Assembly (NCBI GenBank): GCA_001775995.1
Contig: MEZH01000004.1
Coordinates: 72,041-136,040 of the forward strand
Direction: 5' to 3'
Length of the DNA: 64,000 nt
Source of the DNA: Candidatus Bathyarchaeota archaeon RBG_16_48_13
GTDB taxonomy: Archaea > Thermoproteota > Bathyarchaeia > RBG-16-48-13
Shown: piece by piece, positions 58,372 to 64,000 of the stretch
Layout of the letters: each line of letters opens with the position of its first letter
How positions within the stretch are numbered: position 1 is the stretch's first letter
Translations under genes and position numbers: made by a program
Notes under the pieces: generated by a model
The model's database searches: none
What the model saw: only the letters and a program-made list of their open reading frames with translations
Told to the model about the DNA's origin: nothing

Positions 58372-60264
58372 ATGCCAAATCCTTTTCTAACACTGGACGC
58401 CCCAGGCAAGAGAGTTCTTTTCATGGGCAATGAGGCCTTCGCACGAGGCGCACTCGAAGCAGGAGTTCAAGTTGCCTCAGCCTATCCAGGCACGCCCTCT
58501 TCGGAGATCCTGGAGTCAATAGCTTCTGTGGCAGACCAGTTCAATATCCACGCCGAGTGGTCGACCAACGAGAAGGTGGCCTTCGAGGTTGGCGTAGGTT
58601 CCGCCATCTCGGGGTTGAGAACTTTGGTTTCCATGAAGCACGTAGGGGTCAACTGGATAGCGGACCCTCTCATGGCTGTGAACCAGACTGGTGTGCGGGG
58701 AGGCCTCGTCATCATAGTAGCGGATGACCCCAGCGCCTATAGTTCCCAGAATGAACAGGATTCTAGGTTCTATTCTTACTTCGCTGAAATACCTATGCTG
58801 GAGCCCTGCAATCCCCAGGAAGCCAAGGACGCCGTGGTGGAGGCTTTCGAGCTCTCGGAAAAGCTGGAGCTACCCGTCTTCGTCCGATCCGTGACGAGGC
58901 TAAGCCACTCGAGAGGCGACGTTTCGTTGGGCGAGTTGAGGAGGGAGAGGAACGAGTCTAGATTCATCAAAGACCCGAAGCGCTGGGTCATGGTGGCTAC
59001 CCAATCGCCAGCCAGACACAAATGGCTTCACGAAAAACAGAACCAGATGAGAGAAGAGACGGAAGAACTCTTCCTGAACCACCTGGATCTGCCTAGAGGA
59101 GCTGAATCAGGCGTCATAGCTCTAGGGGTACCCTCCACCTATGTTTCTGAAGCCATGGAGCTTCTTAACCTTGAAGACAAGGTGGCTTTCCTGAAGATCG
59201 GCGTTGTTAACCCTCTTCCAACAAAGAAGATCAAGACGCTCCTCAACACAGTGGAGAAGGTGCTGGTCGTGGAGGAGGTTGAACCATTCGTTGAGGAGAA
59301 GGTCAGGGCCATAGCATACGAGGTAGAGAATAGGGCGGATATCAGAGGGAAATTGACAGGAGACCTTCCCAGGGAACGCGAGTACACCCCAGATATTGTC
59401 CTCAAAGCCTTGGCAGGATTCATGGATGTGGAATATGAGCCTCGGTCAAAGGAACTGAGAGAAAGGGTCCGGGAGGCCGAGGATATAGTGTTGCCCAGGG
59501 CCATAGCCATGTGTCCAGGGTGCCCCCACAGAGCCACCTTCTATTGCATAAAACAAGCCCTCAGAAAAACTGGAGAAAAGGGCATAATAGCTGGCGACAT
59601 TGGATGCTACAACCTTGGCGCCTTTCCGCCGCTCAGCATGCAGGATACTACCTATGGCATGGGGGCCAGCATTGGTGTGGCCTGTGGCTTGGCTCATGCT
59701 AACCTCCCTGAACGCGTGATCGCTACCATCGGGGACTCCACATTTCTCCACGCGGGCATCCCGGCTCTAATCAACTCGGCCTACAACGATGCCAAGATGA
59801 CCGTGGTGATTTTGGATAATTTGGCTACTGCCATGACAGGGTTCCAACCGCATCCAGGCACCGGGATCACTGCAACTGGAAAGAAGACGGTAAGGGTTGA
59901 TACCGAGACAATAGCCAGGGCATGCGGAATTTCGAGCATTGAGACGACCGATCCATATGATGTTGAGAAGACGACCCAGACTCTGATGAGAGCCCTCCAG
60001 TCCAAGGAAGTCAATGTCGTCATATCCAAGAGGGAGTGCGCCTTGGATGCGCAGAGGGAAAACCGGAGGAAGGGAATAGCCGTTCATCCGTACACGGTGG
60101 TCAAAGAACGATGCACCGCTTGCAGACTCTGTGCCACGCAGTTCGGTTGCCCCGCGATAATCTGGGACAAGGACGGGAAGGCGGACATAGATGCCCTCCT
60201 CTGCACAGGGTGCAGTGTCTGCGGGCAGGTTTGTGCGGCAGGCGCAATAGTGGAGGCCAAGTAG
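58372..60264 (+). CDS. iorA: Indolepyruvate:ferredoxin oxidoreductase alpha subunit
   Basis: MGNEAFARG, YPGTPSSEI, NEKVA, MKHVGVN, CPGCPHR, GDIGCY, GDSTF.HAG and C-terminal ferredoxin motifs. Confidence 0.96.
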   Translation: MPNPFLTLDAPGKRVLFMGNEAFARGALEAGVQVASAYPGTPSSEILESIASVADQFNIHAEWSTNEKVAFEVGVGSAISGLRTLVSMKHVGVNWIADPLMAVNQTGVRGGLVIIVADDPSAYSSQNEQDSRFYSYFAEIPMLEPCNPQEAKDAVVEAFELSEKLELPVFVRSVTRLSHSRGDVSLGELRRERNESRFIKDPKRWVMVATQSPARHKWLHEKQNQMREETEELFLNHLDLPRGAESGVIALGVPSTYVSEAMELLNLEDKVAFLKIGVVNPLPTKKIKTLLNTVEKVLVVEEVEPFVEEKVRAIAYEVENRADIRGKLTGDLPREREYTPDIVLKALAGFMDVEYEPRSKELRERVREAEDIVLPRAIAMCPGCPHRATFYCIKQALRKTGEKGIIAGDIGCYNLGAFPPLSMQDTTYGMGASIGVACGLAHANLPERVIATIGDSTFLHAGIPALINSAYNDAKMTVVILDNLATAMTGFQPHPGTGITATGKKTVRVDTETIARACGISSIETTDPYDVEKTTQTLMRALQSKEVNVVISKRECALDAQRENRRKGIAVHPYTVVKERCTACRLCATQFGCPAIIWDKDGKADIDALLCTGCSVCGQVCAAGAIVEAK

Positions 60265-60888
60265 ATGAGACTTGAGGAAGCGAACGTTTTGGTGGCAGGG
60301 GTGGGGGGCCAAGGCAACATATTGGCTTCAGCCATCATTTCCAAAGCCGCCATCGACTCGGGCTACAAGGTGATTGCCAGCGAGACCTTCGGCGCTTCCC
60401 AGAGAGGGGGAGCCGTGGCTAGCCACGTAAGGATAAGCAGGAGAAGCCTCAGTCCGCTGATACCCGAGGGAAAGGGCGACATCCTCTTGGGTTTCGAGCC
60501 CGTTGAATCCCTCCGGATAGGCGCCAAATTCCTCTCGCCCGAGGGAATCGCTGTCGTGAATACCAGATCCATTTATCCGGTTGATGTGATTATCGGCAAT
60601 CGGGCTTACCCATCTGTTGAAGAGATCCTGAGAGTCCTCGGGGGCTTGTCCAGTAAGGTGATTACCATAGAGGCAACGAGGCTGGCTGAGGAGGCCGGAG
60701 ACCCGCTAGCCATGAATGTGGTGATGGTGGGGGCGTTGGCTGGCATAGAGAGGCTGGATATTGAACTGGCAGTCTTCAAAAAGACCATTGAGGAGATGGT
60801 TCCTAAGAGGACCATCGATCTGAACCTGAGAGCGTTTGATGCTGGTTACGGGGATATAAAGAAGAAGATCGAGAGAGAAGCGCCATAG
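60265..60888 (+). CDS. iorB: Indolepyruvate:ferredoxin oxidoreductase beta subunit
   Basis: GVGGQGNIL, ETFGASQRGGAV.SHVR and FEPVE.LR. Confidence 0.96.
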   Translation: MRLEEANVLVAGVGGQGNILASAIISKAAIDSGYKVIASETFGASQRGGAVASHVRISRRSLSPLIPEGKGDILLGFEPVESLRIGAKFLSPEGIAVVNTRSIYPVDVIIGNRAYPSVEEILRVLGGLSSKVITIEATRLAEEAGDPLAMNVVMVGALAGIERLDIELAVFKKTIEEMVPKRTIDLNLRAFDAGYGDIKKKIEREAP

Positions 60889-60900
60889 TCTCTTGAAGGG

Positions 60901-62814
60901 TCAGGCTGACGAGGCCTCTCCCAGCTTCGCCAGATCTTCAGCAACGTCCTCCAAGCCTAGTTCCTCGAGCTTTTCACGCGTTGGCAGTCCGGTGGCTACG
61001 TTCCATTTGTGAAGGATGTAGTATTCGTCCAGCAAGGCGTCTAGCTCTACTACGGTGGGTTTGACTCCGGGGATGGCGTATGGCTCTTCCAGCAACCTCC
61101 TTGGTAGGGTGTCATCCTTTCGGGTATAGCCGTCCCGGGCGTTTATGCATCGCTCCAAGTTTACTATCCTTTCAGCAGCTTGGAGCAGTCCGGCCTCGTC
61201 CATCTGGATCCCAGTCAGCAGCGAGAAACCCTCTACTATGTCGGCTGGTGTGAGAACGTAGGTCTCTGCGTTGCTGAACTTGCACAAGCTCAATGAGTCG
61301 GACATGGTGCAGACTTTCTCGGTGAAGGTGACTTGGAGAGCCTTGAACTTGTAGTTTCTGAGATCCATGAATTCTTTCAGATCATCCTCCGAGAGGTGGG
61401 GGAAGTACCTTCGAGCTATCTCGTAGTTTCCGTAGCCGATGGTCGGCAGGGCGTACAGGTGGTCGGCCCCCCTGTTCCCAGTGGCATGAGCCAGACCGAA
61501 GGCCTTGATGGTTCGGCCCTCCTGGGTTGCGAGTTCCATGCCCTTGACGTGCATGGCGTAGTATTCGGCGCCCTTCCCTATCTTTTCGGCGGCTCGCTTG
61601 ACGCCCTCCGCTAATACAGCGCCAAGACCTTGGCGTGAGGCGATCATCTCGATCAGGCTTATGATGGTGGTCGTGTTGCCCCAAGTGAGGTCGAGTCCGC
61701 CCACATCCTCCGGGGTCAGGATGCCTTTCTCCCAAAGCTCCATGGCGAAGCCTATGGCGACGCCGGTGGACATGGTGTCCAAACCGAGGTGGTTGCACAG
61801 TTTGTTCGCTTTGGCTACGCACCCGAAGTCGCCGTTGAAGCAGTTGGGGCCAAGAGCGTCGGTGGTCTCGTACTCTGGTCCTTCCCCGATGGTTCCTGCG
61901 AATGGTCCCTCCTTGATCTCTGTAACGTGGGAGCAAGCTATGGGGCAGGCGTAGCATCCTCTCCTGGATATCGCGTATTTCTCCGTGACGGTGGGGCCAT
62001 CCATGTTGGTGGCCAGGGCGAACTGACCTGTTTGGCGGTTCTTTGTCGGGAGATCGCCTATTGCGTTCTTGGATCCCATTAGGGAGAGGGTCCCCCAATC
62101 TCTCAACCACTTGGTTCGGGGGCTCTGTCTGACCATGTGATTTTTCTCTGCGGCCAGCTTGAAGAACTTGTCCGGCTCGGCCACCGCCAAATGTTTCGTG
62201 CCTCTAATCGCGACGGCCTTCAGTTTCTTGTTGCCCATGATGGCTCCCGGACCGCCGCGGGCCGCAGCCCTACCGTAATCGTTTATTACGGCTGAGATCA
62301 GAACTAGCCTTTCTCCCGCGGGCCCTATGGTGGCCACCTTGAGGTTCATGTCGCCCAGATCCTTTTTCAGGATGTATTCGGTCTCGGCGGTTGTCTTGCC
62401 CCAGAGATCCTTTGCCGAGCTCAACTTCACGCTGTCGTCTTCGATGTGAAGATAGACGGGTTCCTTTGAGATGCCTTCGAAGACGATGGCGTCGTAGCCC
62501 GCGAATTTCAACTCTGGGCCAAGGTGGCCCCCTGAGTTGGCGCAGCCAAAGGTATTTGTCAGGGGGGATTTCGTGCTCACTTCAAAGCGGGAGGAGGTGG
62601 GCCACAGGGATCCGGCGAAAGGCCCCACGGACAGAATGAAGGGGTTGTCAGGTGAGAAAGGATCGGTCCCGGGTTTGAGGAGCTCGTACAGGAGTCTGGA
62701 GGAAAATCCTTTCCCTCCGAGGTATTTGACTGCGAAAGTCTTGTCCAGAGGTTTCTTCTTTATCTGTTTGTTTTCCAGGTTCACGTGTAGAATGGTTCCT
62801 GCCCATCCGAACAT
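60901..62814 (-). CDS. aor: Tungsten-dependent aldehyde:ferredoxin oxidoreductase family protein
   Basis: KSPLT, IGPAGE, RAAARGGPGAIMGNKKLKA, CYACPIAC, EYET, LGLDTMS and DSLSLCKF; start ATG 62814 or 62844. Confidence 0.95.
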   Translation of the reverse strand: MFGWAGTILHVNLENKQIKKKPLDKTFAVKYLGGKGFSSRLLYELLKPGTDPFSPDNPFILSVGPFAGSLWPTSSRFEVSTKSPLTNTFGCANSGGHLGPELKFAGYDAIVFEGISKEPVYLHIEDDSVKLSSAKDLWGKTTAETEYILKKDLGDMNLKVATIGPAGERLVLISAVINDYGRAAARGGPGAIMGNKKLKAVAIRGTKHLAVAEPDKFFKLAAEKNHMVRQSPRTKWLRDWGTLSLMGSKNAIGDLPTKNRQTGQFALATNMDGPTVTEKYAISRRGCYACPIACSHVTEIKEGPFAGTIGEGPEYETTDALGPNCFNGDFGCVAKANKLCNHLGLDTMSTGVAIGFAMELWEKGILTPEDVGGLDLTWGNTTTIISLIEMIASRQGLGAVLAEGVKRAAEKIGKGAEYYAMHVKGMELATQEGRTIKAFGLAHATGNRGADHLYALPTIGYGNYEIARRYFPHLSEDDLKEFMDLRNYKFKALQVTFTEKVCTMSDSLSLCKFSNAETYVLTPADIVEGFSLLTGIQMDEAGLLQAAERIVNLERCINARDGYTRKDDTLPRRLLEEPYAIPGVKPTVVELDALLDEYYILHKWNVATGLPTREKLEELGLEDVAEDLAKLGEASSA

Positions 62815-62881
62815 CTTTCCACCGTCCAGAAGATTGAGACTCATTTTCCGCCTGGTTCATGGTTTTGGCGGCGGTTTCTTA

Positions 62882-62896
62882 GGCGAATTTATCGCC
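62882..62896. promoter_or_regulatory. Inverted repeat GGCGA-N5-TCGCC, candidate aor operator
   Basis: Lies immediately downstream of the minus-strand TATA-like TTTAATA (62911-62905). Confidence 0.3.
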
Positions 62897-63348
62897 GTTC
62901 GGTCTATTAAAGAATTAGACGTCGATTCTATTTCTCGTTTGTGATTGGATTTTGGTCGAGAATCCGGACTTGCGCTGACTGAGCGCTTAACCTTCCCTTA
63001 TCGCTTCCAAGCAATTAGTTGCCTGTTCGCTTTCTTGTGGCTGGTGGAACTGGTGAGGAATTCCGAGAGAAGCTGGAGCAAAACTTAGACAGAGAAGAAT
63101 GAGCGCATGAGATTGGACCTTGATCCTCAAAACCAAACGAGTGAGATCGTGGAGGACTTCGAAGCTGACTCGGCTAATCATGGTCGGTTCGCAGAGGAGT
63201 TCGAGATGCCGTAGTAGGCTGACGTCGTTTGGGGGCTAGCTAAGGCGTGAGCGAGCTAGCAAGCAAACCAAACGAGCAAGCAAGCAAAGCAAACCAAACG
63301 AGCCAAGTGAGCTAGCCCAGCTAGCGAGCGAGCCAGCCAAACGAGCCA

Positions 63349-63366
63349 GCTGAGCCCGGGCTCAGC
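63349..63366. repeat. Perfect 18-bp palindrome GCTGAGCCCGGGCTCAGC
   Basis: Seen directly. Confidence 0.95.
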
Positions 63367-63486
63367 CACAGCTAGCCAGGGAGCTATACCATGCTCCTGG
63401 CCAGGCTGCAAAATTTCTTTTAAGAGCGAACATGCTCGAGCCGGGCATCTGCGCACCCATTATGCTGATGAGCGAATGAAACTTTT

Positions 63487-63556
63487 GCTGAGCCAGGCTC
63501 AAATGGCTAGCGGGGCTGAGCCAGGCTCAAATGGCTAGCGGGGCTGAGCCAGGCTC
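63487..63556. repeat. 28-bp tandem repeat x2.5 (GCTGAGCCAGGCTCAAATGGCTAGCGGG), each unit with a GAGCC-A-GGCTC dyad
   Basis: Units at 63487, 63515 and partial 63543; no spacers. Confidence 0.95.
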
Positions 63557-63761
63557 GCAAATGAGCCATGCTGAGCTAAATTCGCCGCCGCCTCCGCCAG
63601 CCCCTGGTAGCACCTCAAAGGCCCCTAGCACTACTAGGGGCCTTGCAGGGGACTCAGAGGGCTCAGAAGCGCTAGAGGAAGCGAGCGAAACGAGCAAAGA
63701 AAGCAGGCAAACCGAGCAAGCAAGCAAAGCAAGCAAAAAAAACAAAAAAAAGCAAAACTAG
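63531..63761 (+). CDS. Possible low-complexity small protein (Pro/Ser/Glu/Lys-rich)
   Basis: 76-aa ORF starting inside the tandem repeat; may be a by-product of the T-poor composition. Confidence 0.25.
   Translation: MASGAEPGSQMSHAELNSPPPPPAPGSTSKAPSTTRGLAGDSEGSEALEEASETSKESRQTEQASKASKKNKKKQN
63618..63644. repeat. Perfect 11-bp stem hairpin AAGGCCCCTAG-CACTA-CTAGGGGCCTT
   Basis: Seen directly. Confidence 0.93.
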
Positions 63762-63848
63762 CAAACTGAGCTAACCTAGCAAAAAAAGGATCCGAAGAGC
63801 CCTGTAGACGACAGGCTAGTGGGGCTCAGCTTTGACCCCGAAGGGGTG

Positions 63849-64000
63849 ATGCGCTCAGTGAAGCAGAGAATCGACAAATCGGTCAAGGATAAACCAAAGG
63901 CGAAGGGATTCGTCCAGGATACTGGCCACGAAGATGGCGGTCCCAAGTATGTCGACACGCCCGATGGTGAAAAGGTCTACGAGGTGCCGGGAAAAGAGTT
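63849..64000 (+). CDS. Hypothetical protein, truncated by window end
   Basis: GGGGTG-ATG then MRSVKQRIDKSVKDKPKAKGFVQDTGHEDGGPKYVDTPDGEKVYEVPGKE, open to the edge. Confidence 0.55.
   Translation, partial: MRSVKQRIDKSVKDKPKAKGFVQDTGHEDGGPKYVDTPDGEKVYEVPGKE

Larger units (their letters stand above)
63250..63790. repeat. Strand-biased low-complexity region with direct repeats and multiple palindromes
   Basis: AGCAAACCAAACGAGC at 63262 and 63288; many AGCA/AGCC/GCTAGC units; T-poor A/C/G tracts on the plus strand. Confidence 0.9.

Noticed and set aside
62838-62897. Fluoride (crcB) riboswitch upstream of aor
   Set aside because: The outline resembles it (GGCGAT..TCGCC, AAACCGC, ATGA), but the GATGG loop and pseudoknot partner are missing and the downstream gene is not fluoride related.
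376-62944. The many 60-240 aa ORFs antisense to or nested within assigned genes (e.g. 33315-33929, 52889-53521, 55983-56660, 61382-62110)
   Set aside because: They are shadow frames of well-supported genes, with no motifs.
63487-63556. 28-bp repeats as a CRISPR array
   Set aside because: Units are directly adjacent with no spacers, there are only 2.5 copies, and no cas genes are in the window.
62845-64000. att site duplicating a tRNA 3' end at the putative element boundary
   Set aside because: No copy of either tRNA 3' end was seen here; the boundary remains unproven.

Overview
Archaeal chromosomal window. Gene content and tRNA introns point to a TACK lineage, most like Bathyarchaeia (inference). 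It is almost entirely protein-coding housekeeping and energy metabolism. Contents in order: a divergently transcribed, complex-I-like group 4 [NiFe]-hydrogenase with its maturation protease; RFC; a tRNA-maturation cluster; a divergent membrane PPase; ADP-forming acyl-CoA synthetase; cdc6; a LUD/CCG oxidoreductase pair; three related winged-helix genes beside a stand-alone NurA-HerA pair; a thermosome-grpE-dnaK-dnaJ cluster; HMG-CoA reductase; and an LLM/ADH/IOR/AOR catabolic block. There are two intron-containing tRNAs: tRNA-Pro(GGG) with two non-canonical introns, and tRNA-Gly(CCC) with C at the normally invariant U33 and U55. The last ~800 bp switch to strand-biased, repeat- and hairpin-dense DNA that looks like the edge of an integrated mobile element. 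Best leads: that terminal region, the wHTH triplet with NurA-HerA, the two unusual tRNAs, an orphan arcadin-1-like gene, a RimI-NifU read-through, and two genes that appear to need non-canonical start codons. All family assignments come from motif recognition by eye; no database searches were run.
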